From: the human T2T-CHM13v2.0 reference genome, Homo sapiens
NCBI RefSeq assembly: GCF_009914755.1
Contig: NC_060931.1
Strand: one strand, 5' to 3'
Length of the DNA stretch: 64,000 nucleotides
Shown: piece after piece, positions 45,454 through 64,000 of the stretch
Position numbering within the stretch: the first letter of the stretch is position 1
Layout of the letters: every line of letters begins with the position of its first letter
Position numbers and translations under genes: made by a program
Notes under the pieces: generated by a model
Seen by the model: only the letters and a program-made list of their open reading frames with translations
What the model was told of the DNA's origin: nothing
Databases searched by the model: none

Positions 45454-48400
45454 CTGACGGGGAAAAGACAGAAGGTCACTGAGAACCACCAAGAAACAGT
45501 CCTTTTGTAAAGCTGGGGTCCTGCCTGGCGTGTGCATGTGAGTGTGTGTGCGCATGGGTGCTCCAGTGTGCAGAAAAGGTGCAGATCCCTCTGACAGTCT
45601 CCAATCAGTTAGGACTAACCACTGTGAGCACTCCCTCCTGCTTCTGTACCTGGTGCCCACTTTCATTTTTGCATATGTTGCAACATACCGTATTTGCCCA
45701 AGGCCTGACCCCTCCTAGACTGTATGTTTACTGAGAGAGAAATCGCATCTTAATTAATTTGTACCCCTCTGCATTGCTCCTGTCACAAAGGAAGTACCCA
45801 TCAAGGATTTGTTGGACCAAAGTCCCTTAGCTGCACACTGTACATATGTTGTTAATGTATCTTACAACCAAAATAACATTTTTTAGCAACCACAAAATAT
45901 TAGTGCTCCCAATGCACTTTTCTTAAACTACAATTTCCAGGGTTTCTTCATAGAAGTGACTATTAAAGTCTTCCCCATCCCTATTTGAACAATCTTTCTC
46001 AACTTAAAAGAAATGCTTTTATTTTACCCCATGACACACTGGGGATTCCAATTCATCACGCTAAGTGATGAACTGCGGGAAGTACAGTAAGTGACCCACA
46101 AAGATCATGCTATTTCTGGATTCTGATTTTTCTTATCCACTGAATTTGCTAAAAGGATATAAAATACTATCAAAGAGCTTGCTAAGAAATTAACCTTTTG
46201 GCCATCATTGACCCAGCCACTCCCCTTGGTAAGTTTAGCACCAAGGTAAAATTGGACCTTTCACCTGACAGTGGGTGAGCAGAGCCCCTTCCCAGAACAC
46301 ACAATCAAATGACACTATTCCACTGCAAAGAATCAAGATATTCACCTTCTCTGAGCAGTCTGCTCACCTAGTTGTTTCTTTATGGATATCCATCCTCCTA
46401 TCCCCACAGGGACTACACTGGTGACTTCTCAGCTGAGAATCCAAGATCTACTTAGACCCCTTAGCCTGTGTGATGCTCACTGAGCCAGCTGATACTCCTG
46501 TATCACTTTCTATCATCCTTTTCCTCCTCTTCCTGGGTCACAGAATAGGACTCAGGATACACACAAACCTATGTACAACTATCTTCTACCAATTTATGCT
46601 CTAAATCTTTACCTGGGTTGTTGTTATTTCCCAGCAATGAAAATAAAAATGATTAAGTGTGACTTTACCTTGGTTTCTAAAAATAACGTCCTCCTCCTCC
46701 AGTATCATCTCTGTTTTCAAGCTCCTTCTTTTTTTCCTCCCCAAATCTCTCTACCAATGCGTGCTATCCAAGGCTCTACTCCCAGTTATCTGCTCCTCTC
46801 TCTATCATGCTCTGCAGGAATCTCCTTCATGCCACAGCAGCTCCAAGTTCCTACACTTCCATACCTTATCAACAGCCCAGAGTGTGTTTCAAACCAGTGT
46901 CACCATCTCCCCTCGCCAATCAGGCTCCTCCCTATTTCCCAGCTCCTTCAGCGGTGCTGCCACTTTCCTGTGCTCCTCGACTGAAACAATGACATAATCT
47001 TTGGCATCCACCATGGGATCTGGCACAGGGAGGTATACAGTGAGTGCTGGCTTCTCACTCTTTGCACCACAGCATCCCATGTCCCCAATACCTGCTGAGT
47101 CCCATCTGTTGCTAAGTCCCATGTTGTATCTGCTACCCTGAATCCCATCTCCATTTGTCAAAACTCCAGCCTCTGTCCTGCCCTGCAAGTCATCCTCAGA
47201 GCTCCTGGACCAGTTTTACCTGCAATGATCACAAGTGATTCTAATTTTGTTTGACTTTTGGTTTCCCAAATTTTCTGAGGTAAGTATTTGTAATCCAAAA
47301 TCAATGAGAAAAAAAGGGTGATGAAGCATCCTGCTACCTACTTTACCCAGTTCAAACTCATATACCTTGGTTTCCCATCGTCTCTATCCATCTACCTGCC
47401 TGACCATTTTTTCTTCTACGTGCAAATGCACACCCTTGGTTGACACCAGTCTCCTCTTATCTAGCCTCTGTGTACTCCTGACTTCTCCTTCCACCTTGCT
47501 CTATGCAGAATGCCCTCCTCCCTTCCCATTTCCTCCAATTCTGTCCATTCTTTCAGGGCCACTCACACCTTACATCCACTCTGTCAAGGCTTCCCTCGCC
47601 TCGCAATCCAGACCAATGCCATCCTTCCTAAGCTCATAGAATCATACCTGTGGCCCCTGAGTGGTCATATATGTATCATGTATGTATGTCTACACTATAA
47701 CCTAATTTATTACATGTATAATATAACAATTTGTTACAAATATAAACTCTGTTAAACATAACTATTAGTTCTTTGGAAGACTAATAATATTCTTTTGTGC
47801 TAAACTCATAGTTAATATTTAACAATATCTAATTACCTCATTTGAAACCCTATAATCATCTTATACTCACATACTTTTGATTTTCTTATTTATTTCACCA
47901 AATCAAGTCTTCAAAATCCCATGTCACTGTGACCTTCATCTCTGAAAAATGCCCATAGGACTCCCTGTCCCTGTCCCAAACTCAGCGTGGCCCTTCGTCC
48001 TCTCTCCCTTTCTCATTCAATTGGAATCATTTCTGGATAGTCGGCTCTGAGTCTCTGAAACCCAGAAATCCAACCAGTGCAAATAAAATTAAATGAAAAA
48101 TTCACATTTTAGCCAAAGTACATTGTGTTTATACATAAGTAGTAATGCTTTCATTTTTAAAACTTTTCTGATAAGTTGATTGTAAATTTGGAACATACAG
48201 AGAAGTAGAGGAAAACAATAAAAATTACATGTAACCATAGCACCCAGCATTTCTTTTCTCATTTTAGCCAACTTTAAAGATCATTCATGTAAATATACAC
48301 TTATAACAGATATGAAAAAACATTGCAAAATACAAATACCAACAAAATTCCTGTTAAAGAGAAAAAAATAAGCCAATTTTGCTACTTGAAGGATCTCCAT

Positions 48401-49242
48401 CAAATTAATGTCACAAAAACAGGATTTTAGAGAACTTCCAGAATACAAGAGACACCAACAAAAACACAGTAACCACAGATAAATTTACTTATTACTTGGA
48501 CAGAGGATGGATCAAGTTCAGACTGGTGATATCCTTTGTATTAACTGTTGAGTCTGGCCAACAACCTAACAATGCTAAACCAAATACTACCCAGCTCCGT
48601 AATCCTCTATCACAAAGGCATAAGGAAAAGCAAGATTATAACCAAATTTCTTTCCATCTTACCTAATAACTTGAATGTGCCCTTTTCTCAAAGGTGTGCA
48701 CAGAAAAAGATGACTAAATACTTTTTCAAAAGTATCACCTATGAGCACCAAAATGACAGCCTGGGATGAGGACTGTCAGGTCAAATAAGATGGGACATCC
48801 TACAGTGCACTTTCACCTTCCTAAGGACCACTAATTTTAAACAAATTATTCCACGTAATTTGTAAAACGACTTTAAACAATAACAATTTGATTTTTTTCT
48901 AATAGTTTTTATTATGATTTGAGGTTTTTCTTAGCTGGGGGTTAGAAAAACAAAATACAATACAAAAATATTAAATATTCAGATACTCAGAACTAACCAC
49001 TGTTAACATTTTGGTTTCTCATTTCAGATATTTTATCTGGCTGGTGTAATATTGTACATACCTAGGCTATGGCCTGCTTTTGCCACTTAAGACGTTTCCC
49101 ATGTCTTTACAAGTTTTCATAAAACAGAATTCAAAAATGGCTAAGCAGCTAGACTACTGTGTAAGTATATACAATAGGTTTCTTAAACATTCCCAAATAG
49201 TGGATGATCCGATTGTTTCCAATTTTACCATCTTATAAATAA

Positions 49243-49663
<421 letters not shown>

Positions 49664-50279
49664 TGAGTATTTTAAGGCTTGACACTGCTCCCCTTTCCTA
49701 GGAAACTGCTGTACTCCCATTCCTGCCGGCAGGAAGCAGGAGTCTGTCCTCAGCATCTCCACCAACACTGAACACACTGTTACAAATTCGATGAGCAAAA
49801 ACACTTATCTCATTGCTATTAAAATGTTCATGTTTGATTATAAACTGCATCAAATGTTTTGTTACACTTATTAGTAATTCCTCTTTATAGATTCTAAATT
49901 TGTTTCTCTGCCTTATCTGCTAAGGTCTTTTTTATTCTTGTTGATCTGTATGATCCCTTTATTTATTAAGAAAATTCTTTGCCTGTATTTCTAACTGAAT
50001 TTTCCTTGTCATCTTTTAATTTCATTTTTAATATTTTTTCATATTCAAGTTTTAAATCTTTTTTATTTATAAAGACCATTTTCACCCATTAAAAACTTTA
50101 AATCTTAAAAGCAAGCACAAATATTTAAATAATTTTAAGTGTCATGAGTTTATATTAAATACACAGTCAGTTTAGAAAATAGCTTCTCTAAAACTGGTTA
50201 ACAGGTCATAAATCCAACCATACAAAAACTCAGAAGTGTCACATATAAATAACTCAAGACTAACTGTAACCATGCTTAC

Positions 50280-50343
50280 CTGAGAAAGGCAGGCAGTGAT
50301 TCCAAAAAAAATCTGACATGATTCTGGAGAAAAACCATTTACT
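50280..50343 (-). CDS. PAXIP1: PAXIP1 exon 4 (64 nt, [21 protein letters not shown])
   Basis: Acceptor AAAACAG|A, donor CAG|GTAAGC, restores frame. Confidence 0.94.
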
Positions 50344-52999
<2,656 letters not shown>

Positions 53000-53043
53000 G
53001 GCAGAAGAGTTCCACACTGAACGGACAGAATCACCCAAGAAGG
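53000..53043 (-). CDS. PAXIP1: PAXIP1 exon 3 (44 nt, PSWVILSVQCGTLLP)
   Basis: Acceptor TTTTCAG; U12-type donor GTATCCTTT. Confidence 0.95.
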
Positions 53044-54841
53044 CTGAAAAAGAAAAGATTAAATCAAAAAGTATTCTCAATTTACAAGTGGCATATTATT
53101 TTACTAGTGTTGTTCTTAGAAATTAAAAGTCTCTGTTACAACCTATTTTAAAACATCCAGATTACAAGTATGAATATTCAAATAGAAATATTATAGTCAA
53201 AGATTAGTTACTAATACCCAAGATGAAAAATCCAATTACAGAATGAAGCACTACCATATTTTTTTAAAATTATGTATAAACATTTAAGTTCCAGGTTTAC
53301 ACACTTATTACTGCTGACCCCCACATTTAGGACAGGGGAACTGCCACCCATCCTGCCCCACCACCGCCGACACCTCATCCAGGGCATAGTCAGCCTCTCA
53401 TACGCTCCCTTCTTGAATCCCAAATTCAGTCAAGTCTAAATTCATGAGGTGTTTGTTTGTTTTAGTGAAGTCAAGCAGATACAATGTTTGTAAGCCTGAA
53501 AATATTTTTATAAATTCTAAAAACTGAGATTAATTATAAAACAGATTAATTACTACCTTTCTGGGTAATTTATATTTTTGAAAAATTATCTTGTTTCTAT
53601 GTTTAATTTTTATAATTATACAAATCATTCTCCTGATAGCTCTACTTCAGAAAATTACTATCAAAATGTAGTAATGCCCCCATTACTACATTCTGGAAGG
53701 CAGCTGACTTCCAGAAACTTCAGCCAACTGAAACAGACATATATACTCACTACCCACCCATCAATTCATTCATCAAATATTTATTGAGAATCTATTTTAT
53801 GCAGAGATGGTGCAAGGCGCTGGGGATGTAACAATGAAAACGAGAAACGCAGTCTTTGCTCTCCTGCAAGTCATATTCCAAGCTAATGATCTTCAAGCTA
53901 TTTTTGTCATGTACACCTTAAATAAATTTCAGACAATGAAATGCCCCCCTTATCATTTTTTAGATGACATCTAAAATTTTTCAGCATAACTCTAAATAAG
54001 TATATTTTCTGTGAGAAGAGGAATATTAAACATTTTATAAAATAAAATAAAGATTGGCAGCTGTGCCTGGGATAATTACTTCATTATGATTTGACATTTA
54101 CCAAAGGTTTTAACTAAGTTACTGGATTAGTTATCTGAAATCTGAAAGAAGGCACTTAATTTTTCGATCTATGTGCCTTATCCAACATATCTTCACATTT
54201 TTTGATAGTCCTAGAAAAATTCCAGTTAAATTTAAAAAAATGGGCCAGCATCAGGAATCGGTATTGGCCTTGACACTTCTGAATTCAGAACACCTTCATG
54301 TAGACCAAGCTCTCCTTTCAACAGCAACACCCAGAAACCCCTCTCTCCTCATGATGCCATGACTGAGCACTAAGGGAACAGTCCCTAAAACCAGTCTTTC
54401 TAATTGTCCTTTTGTCTGCTGTCCACGAGAATTTTCAGAGCCTGGGGCAATGCACTACAAGATTAGGATGGGTGAAGGTCTGATTCTTCCTGTGTAAAGT
54501 GGGAGGGGCCACTGTGACCACAGGTGTGTTCTCAGGCAGCTTTAGGAAGGGCCAGTCTGGAAATGTTATCTATCACCTTACAACCATCCACACAGCATAC
54601 ACGCTGAATATCTCCCCCCAGGGAGCTTGGGTAGGGTATCCCAGTTTAAAGACTGCTGGCTATCATAAAGTCCCATCCAAGCACAGTAGAATCACTGAGG
54701 CCCTACTTCAGATAAGTTTAGATAAAATAATGCAAAATTAGGATGTAGGCCACAGTACAAAGCAGAAATGGAGAACTACAAAAGCAAAGTGATAAGGAAC
54801 TATTTATCCTAAAGGCAAAGAACAATATATAAAAATAAGCT

Positions 54842-55130
54842 GGCTGATCGCGATGGCTCATGCCTGTAATCTCAGCACTTTGGGAGGCCAAGGCGGGCGG
54901 ATCACTTGAGGTGACAGGTTTGAGACCAGCTTGGCCAACATGGTGAAACCCCGTCTCTACTAAAAACACAAAAGTTAGCCGGGCGTGGTGGCACACGCCT
55001 GTAGTCCCAGCTACTAGGGAGGCTGAGAGAGGAGAATCGCTTGAACCCTGAGGCAGAGGGTGCAGTGAGTCGAGATCACACCATTGCACTCCAGCCTGGG
55101 AGATTCTGTCTGAAAAAAAATTAAATAAAA
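54842..55130 (+). mobile_element. AluS-type element
   Basis: Full Alu. Confidence 0.92.
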
Positions 55131-56505
55131 TAAGCCCACTACAAGTCAGCAAAATTAACATTTCCAATGATGCCCAAAGGCCACTGAGAAAAATATCTCA
55201 ATTTAAAAAATAATTTTAAAAGTTTTGGTGCCCAAAGAAGCAAGTTTTAAACATTTATAAGATTCAAATATGTAAATGATAGATAAACTGTCACTGTGTA
55301 TAAAGATGCCTTATTTTTAAAATGCATTGTCAAACTTCCTATCAAGGTAAAGGCCAAGGGATATGCCTCTAGGGAACCAGGTCTCAGCCTTCAGTCATAT
55401 GAATTCAGACTCAACTATTAGCAGCAGGATCCAAAATAAGACAGGCCCATAAGGTTCAAACTAAGAATATCAGGATCTACTTGAAATATCTTAGAGTGAA
55501 GGCAAACTGTTGAGTCAGCTCCGAAGTACTCTACCACCTTGTAATGTAACACAATAGTCCCTGGACAATACAGGTGCTGTCAAAAATTACAAGCAGGCTG
55601 GAATGCTACTGGGTACAGATGAAATATGTCTGTCACTCATTTTAAAATACTATAGCCAGAGGGGGAAAAAGTTGGGTTTGAATACAGTAAACTACCTTGG
55701 CAAAATGGTGATAATCCTAGATGCTAACTGCTAATTGTATAAGTAATGGGTATTTCTACTTAGCCTTACATACTGACTTTCCCAGGAATATGAATACTGT
55801 GTAAAATGAAGGAAGACTGCTTTGTTTAGCTCAGGAATTGATCACCATTCTGAAATGTCACCTCACAGCGGCGACCCCACTTGTGGGGTATGATATCAAT
55901 CTGTAATTGCAGCAGCTACCGGCAGTGACTCTACATATAGCAGCAGCCATGCCCAAGTGTTTACACATTGAAATATATATTTATTATTTACTTGCCTTTT
56001 ATTTCGCCTTCACATTTCAGTTTGGGCAATTTATATATACATATTTTAAAGGTTGGCTTACGTATCGATTCATTTCTGGATAATAAGGGGAGTGCTACAA
56101 AGTACTTATTACAAAAAGGTGGTTTGGGGTCAGGCAGGTTTAAGAACTACTTCTGGTAGTTGGCCTGGCAACAATCACCTAGGCCCCAAGGATGTGTTAG
56201 AAAGATCACCCTTTCACATAACATCTGCATAAGATATGCAAAGCCGCTTTACTGAGACAATAGCTCCAGGCTATTGTCTGAGAGAAAGAAAGTTTGTAGG
56301 AAGGAGAAGGAAGAGACAGAGATACTGTCCCTAAAGCAGTACAAGGAAGCAAGCCAGAGACAAAAACATGTTCCAAAGAAGAGGGTGCCCCAGCTCAGGA
56401 CCTCATCCAAGGCAGTTTCCGACCCTGGGTACCAGGGAGGTCACCACTTCCCAGCAGCCAGGTGGCTTCTCTGGCCCCGCAATTTGACTTAATGGCAATC
56501 TTTCT

Positions 56506-56690
56506 ATTTTTTTCCCTTTTTCTTTTTGTTTAAGAGATGGTGTCTCACTGTGTTACCCAGACTGGAGTACAGTAGCTATTCACAGGTGTGATCACAGTGC
56601 ATGGCAGCCTTGAACTCCTGGCCTCAAACAATCCTTCCACCTCAGCCTCCTAAGTAGCTGGGACTACAGGTGAGTCCCACTGCACCAGGC
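56506..56690 (-). mobile_element. Free Alu monomer (FAM/FRAM-like) with TSD TGGCAATCTTTCT
   Basis: Monomer flanked by a direct repeat. Confidence 0.75.
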
Positions 56691-57500
56691 TGGCAATCTT
56701 TCTTAATTCCTAACACTGTTATTGTTAAACCACAGTAACTTTCATACTGATTTCTTTTTAAGGCAAAGCATTTAATAACATGAAGAGGGAAAAAATGGTA
56801 GTGGTATAGAACTATTTTAAAACAAATACTTCATAGGGAAGATCTGAAATAAAATCGAAGCATTGGAATTACAAAATTTAACAAATTTTTAAAACACACA
56901 TTTTAACAGAAGTCAACTAACTTATCAGCCATAACATAATACAGTAGGTGGATAAACAAAATCTGAACAATTCTTCCACTAGCTGAATCCCTCATTCTCT
57001 GCAATAAATTACCCATAGGTCAAGTTGGATACACCCCAGACGACCAGTGGGTAGACAATGTGACTAAAGGCCATTGTGACTCTTGTCAGAAAGGAGTTCC
57101 ACAACATAGTTAATGGGGGACGCCCTTCAGCTAACTGAAATTCAGAACACCTTGCCACAGTCGGGATGGAAAGTAACCCTGTCCTAGAGTTACCTCCCGA
57201 CAGGCCTTAGCCTGCTTTTGGAATGAAATACACTCTTACAATAATTCAAACACCCATCTGATTCAAGGCATCAGATCTGTTTCCCATGACAGGTTTCCCT
57301 GGCTCAGAAAACTTCCAGGCAGTGGTAACGTGGGACGAGTTCTGCAGCAGGCATAAAGGATGGCCTAGGATTACTTACGACATACAGAAGCCATGCTCTA
57401 CCTTGGTTTAGCTGAAAGGACCTGAAGCTAAGGGAAGTTACTCAGACGTTAAAGATGTCCACAGTTATCTGGCAACTTTCCACACAAAACAGGACTTTAG

Positions 57501-57861
<361 letters not shown>

Positions 57862-57923
57862 TCAATGTACTGCTTGCAAGATACTGAGGAAAAGATATAA
57901 AACAAATTATGTTTACTACTGAC

Positions 57924-58058
57924 CTTTACAACAGGTAAGTCAAAGACTTCCCGAGCTTCTCCCACCTCTGGATTGTCCCCATCCTCTGAGATTATGTGTG
58001 AGGCTAGTGCATTGTAGGAAACTTCCTTCGCTTTTCCAGCCTTGAGAAGCTGAATAAC
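57924..58058 (-). CDS. PAXIP1: PAXIP1 exon 2 (135 nt, VIQLLKAG...LPVVK; BRCT1)
   Basis: Acceptor TTTTAG|GTT, donor AAG|GTCAGT, in frame. Confidence 0.95.
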
Positions 58059-58419
58059 CTAAAAAACAAGAAAATCCACACAAATTAAAATGGGCAATAC
58101 TGTACTGTACTCTTGAATTACAGAAATAATTATTGGGCATAATAGTACTTTTTAATAAAAACACACCATATTCCCCACATAAAAACTAACAGCCTTTTAC
58201 TCTGAATAATATGCCAATGAAACTTTCGGGGACAATCAAAAGCAGCAAATCTTGATTCACTGACCAAGTCAATGACCAAGTAATGGAGGCTATTGTGAGT
58301 CCAGTAGTGGACATGGTCTGTCCTCAAGACAGATGGGCTGGACAAACCAGGAGACAGCACAACCACTGCTGCGGTGGGGCCACGCACATGGTGCTCCTGA
58401 GCTTCCAACTTAAAGACTG

Positions 58420-59330
58420 GGACATGGGGAGTTTCATAATTAGGGAAAGATTCTGGAAGACAAGATATGTGAGCAGAACCCTCATAAACGTCTGGGTGTT
58501 AGGCAAAAATCCATACATCGAGGAAGAGGGAGCAGTGTTGAAGGCACTGAACAGGTGAATACAGAGCAGACCGTAAATGGGCTTTCTTACACACTATGCA
58601 AAAAAGTCTGTGCTTCATTCTGGGGTATATGCAGGGCCACTGAAGGATTTCACACAGGAAAAGTAGCACAGATTTCATACAAAGATGACAGTCCATGTGA
58701 AAAGAAAGGATTGGGTGGGCTGGCTGTGTTTGGTTGGCTAGATGACTAAAGACAAGAGACCTGTTAAGAAACAAGTGCAATAACCCAGGTGAAAGAGGCA
58801 TCCACTAAAGTGATGTCCTGATGGGCAGAAAGGAGGAAGATGTGAGAGAATCGGCAAGCCTTGGTGTCTGGAAGGGGTATAAGCAAAAGAGCAAAGTCCA
58901 GACTGAAATGGTGGTGAGTACCACTCACTGAGGAACACATCAGAAGGCTGGCAGGTGGGGACACAAGGACGTGTTTTAGTTTGGGCATGCCATTCTTTGG
59001 GGGTCGTGTTAATATCTGGCAAGAGGCATCCAGTTGCAGCTAGGAAAAGATGTGGATCTCCCTGACAGAAAGTCATCAGCATTGTTACATAGATGGGAGC
59101 CACAGCCATGAGCGTGAAGGTGGTCGCAGTGCAGAATGGGAGGGGAGCTAGAGAGCAGACACAGCAACTGATACTTCAGGGACAGGTAGGGAAGTGCAGT
59201 ATCACAGGAGAGGAGCGTCAACAGAAGCCAAGGAAGTGAGGGTTAAGGAACAGTCGACAGTCAAGTGCTTCAGAAGAGGTGGGCAGTGTCTAAGCTGACA
59301 GTGCACACCAACTGTCAAAGTGACATGGTG
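58420..59330. mobile_element. Degenerate L2-like relic
   Basis: Purine-rich L2-type motifs (gggccactgaaggattt, gtgttttagtttgggcatg). Confidence 0.5.
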
Positions 59331-59353
59331 CCCACAAAGCTCAAGTGACCCAC

Positions 59354-59443
59354 CAGGGCAACGCTCTTCCAGGTCCCCTCTCTGCAGCAGAGAGCTTTCT
59401 TCTTTCACTTATTAAACTTTTGCTCCAACCTCAAAAAAAAATA
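59354..59443 (+). mobile_element. ERV1 LTR fragment (MER51-like) followed by poly(A)
   Basis: gggcaac...ggtcccctct...gagagctttcttctttcacttattaaacttttgctccaacctc followed by an A run. Confidence 0.6.
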
Positions 59444-60773
59444 AAGTCACCCACAAGCTAGACAACCTTTTCAGAATACTTTACCGACCACTAATAGATA
59501 TGAACTAGAGCAGAGGCTCAATATTTAGTAAGTGAAAAAACAGCGGTCACTGGCCATGGGCCACTTTACCTTTCTTCCTTCCCTTGACCTCTAAGCATTT
59601 TTAGCTTCACGCATCCATTCGACTGGTCTTCAGAAAAGGCACCCCTCCTTTTCCTATCCTCCAGTCTGTTTCTGATCCTACTCCCTTCTTCATGAGTTTC
59701 CCTGTCCATAGCTATGTTCCCTCCACCTGTAAACAGTAAAGTCACCCACATCCTTCCACGCGCTTGTGATGCAACACAGATCCCTCCCCAGCCCTCTCTT
59801 CCTCAGGCACCTTCTCTATTTCCTTCTCAGGACAAACTTCCTGAAGAGTCTAACCTTTCTGTTCTCAGTTTCCATTCACTCTTCAACTCCCTGCAATCCA
59901 GCCCCTTCCACCAACACTCTACCAAAAACACTTTACTCGGTTTTCACGAACTTTGAGGATGCCAAAACCAATAGCTTCTCTTCAATCTCCACACTACTGA
60001 GTATCTTAATAGATTTATCTCATATCACTCTGTTCCAGATATAGTGATCATCCTGATGTATCCCAAACGCATGAATGCCTTCATTCCTCAGCACATACGC
60101 TCCACATGAAAATATTCCTTCATGTTCTTAACTTCTGCTTATCTCAAAACCCAACTGAAATGACATCTACTGAGTGACATTTCAGTGGTGTCTACTTTGC
60201 ACCCCAGTGGAGAAATCTGCTACACCTTGTACTGTGATATGTCCAGGTGTGCTCCCTCCCCCACCAATGAGGGGCGCTAAAGGGCAGGTACCATGTCCTC
60301 TTCACCTCTGTATTATACCTGGCACCTAGTCCATGCCTGCCTCATATTAGATGGTCAACATGTGAACTTATAATCCACAGTCATAAGAGTCAGAGAATCA
60401 GATGTCCAGGCTCAAAACTTTTCAGAAAATATACTGTTTCAGATGAAAGTGGTTTGCCAAGGACATTTTTAAGCACTTAGATTTGATTCAAAGTCGAGTA
60501 AATATGGTTCCAGTTCAACTTGTTCCAGGTTTTAAGTAACATTTGGTTCAAGTCCCCTATAAGAGCCAAAGTCCTAAAATGAAACACGAAGGCTAGGAAG
60601 GAGGGGGAAGAGAAAAATGGTGGATAGCAAAAAACAAAAACAAAAAAACAAACAAAAAAAAGAGGGGCGGGGGAATCATCAATACTGGAAAAAGCTAACA
60701 CTGTTACAGGCACTCATCTTCATCGCTCCGTGTTCAGCAACTGTTTTACTCTGTAAATTCAAAGATAGAAGGC

Positions 60774-61219
<446 letters not shown>

Positions 61220-62122
61220 TAACTCTGATCACTGGGGATCCCCATCCTCCAAGGTGGGGGCCACTGATGTCACACCCAAGGCAACACAACTGTACAGCTA
61301 AACTTTTAAGAAGGAAATATTTTGAAGATTAACCTGAAGAGGATATTCAACTAAGATGCATTCCTACCACGGACTGATAACTGTGTGACATCAAACAGAT
61401 ATATTATTATAGGAATACTAAGGAAAACCCACAATATCCTTTGGCGTGAGCCCAAACTACACAAAATTAAATGTGTAATGTGATGGTGTTACCAGGGTAC
61501 CGTAAAATTAATCGTCCAAGTGGGAAAATCAAGGAAGACGAATGCCAGCCCCCACGTGCAGGGACACAGGCTGGAAGGGAGCGCTCCTCAGCCCCGCACA
61601 GGACGGCAGCTGCCCGGGTGGCGGAGGCGGCCAAGCCGGTGCACGGCCACGACCCCCGCCGGCCGAGCGAGGCTGGGGTCCCCGCGCGAGCTGCCCCGGC
61701 TGGGGATCCCGGCGCCCCTCGTCCGCCCTCGGAGCTGCTCTCCCGGGAGCCGAGACGCCCGGCGCGGGGAATGGGGAGACGCGACCCCGCGCCCGTCCCG
61801 CTCAGCAAAGGAGCAGAGAACGAGGCGGCCCGGTGGGTCGGGGGCGGCGACCCCAGGGCCGCAGGCCGGGGGCTCAGGGCGCGCACTAGGGGCCGAGGTA
61901 CAGAGCCCCAGCCGCCTTCCCTCCCGCACTCCCCCGGGCCCGGGCCTCCCGCGCCCACCCCGCGGTCGCCCCTGCCCTCAGCGCAGTCAGGCCAGCGGCC
62001 TCGGCGGACCCGACGCTCTGCGCCCGGCGCGCGCCCGCGGCAGGAGCGGGGACGGGGACGGGGACGGGGACGGACGGGGACGCGGACGGGGGAGGAGGCC
62101 GCGGCAGGGGCGGGCGCGGTAC

Positions 62123-62203
62123 CTGCGGGTCGATGTCGCCCACCGCGTAATACTTGACCTCCCTGAACATCTCCTCAGGAACTTTGGGCGCCTGGTCCGA
62201 CAT
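62123..62203 (-). CDS. PAXIP1: PAXIP1 exon 1 CDS (81 nt, MSDQ...DIDPQ)
   Basis: ATG at 62203; donor CAG|GTACCG. Confidence 0.96.
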
Positions 62204-62699
62204 GATCGCGGCGGCCCGGGAGGCTCCGCGGCGGCGCCCGGCCCCGCCCACCCCCCGCCCCCGGCCCCCGCGGCGCCCGGCGCCCCCACTCGCCCCGCCA
62301 ACGGCCCTGCCCGCGCAGCCCGGGCCCGGTCCTGCGAATCGGGGTCCGCTCCCCCGCCCTCCGCGCCCCCGCCCGCGCCCGCGCCGAGCGCCCGAAGCGC
62401 GGGAGCCGCGCGCGCCCTGCGGGACGCACCATCCCGCCCCGGCCACCGAGGGGGAGCGCCGAGGAGCCGCCCGGCCTCCAGTGACGCCCCGCGCCTCTGC
62501 CGCCAGCCACGGCTCCGGGGTAGCTGGCGCCGGCAGCCCGCTCTGGCCCTTGCGGTTCCGTGGCCGCCGCTCTGCAACGAGGGGGCCCCGAGGACGAGGG
62601 GAAACCAGCTCCCCCCTCGGCGGGGCCGGAGTGAGCCGGTCCCGGGGAGGAGGGGAGCTGGCAGGCCCCTCCCGTCGCCACATGCGGCTGCTCGGGGGC

Positions 62700-64000
<1,301 letters not shown>

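Overview
This window is human genomic DNA. It contains the complete PAXIP1 (PTIP) gene on the minus strand. I reconstructed 21 coding exons by hand from splice signals; they sum to 3210 nt (1069 aa plus stop) and encode six BRCT domains, an acidic poly-E stretch and a long interrupted polyQ region. The ATG is at 62203 in a CpG-island bidirectional promoter, the stop is at 3426-3428, and poly(A) signals lie at about 2983-3121. The introns are filled with Alu, L1, L2, MIR, DNA-transposon and LTR relics plus small tandem repeats. No prokaryotic-type system (CRISPR, operon, rRNA, tRNA) is present. The most interesting signals concern RNA processing. (1) There are two minor-spliceosome (U12) introns: intron 3 (GT-AG) and the terminal intron 20 (AT-AC); intron 11 may be a U12-to-U2 relic. 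(2) Retaining the terminal AT-AC intron would swap the C-terminus from YKFN to YPFQKRIKK with no downstream exon junction to trigger NMD. (3) A well-formed plus-strand exon (5637-5770) covers exon 20, and its acceptor is the reverse complement of the U12 donor, suggesting an antisense-gated minor-intron switch; this is a hypothesis. (4) Intron 4 holds a candidate 163-nt poison or alternative-start exon. (5) There is a young AluYb8 and a tiny polyadenylated LTR retrocopy. Repeat subfamily names and lncRNA names come from recall and were not checked by search.
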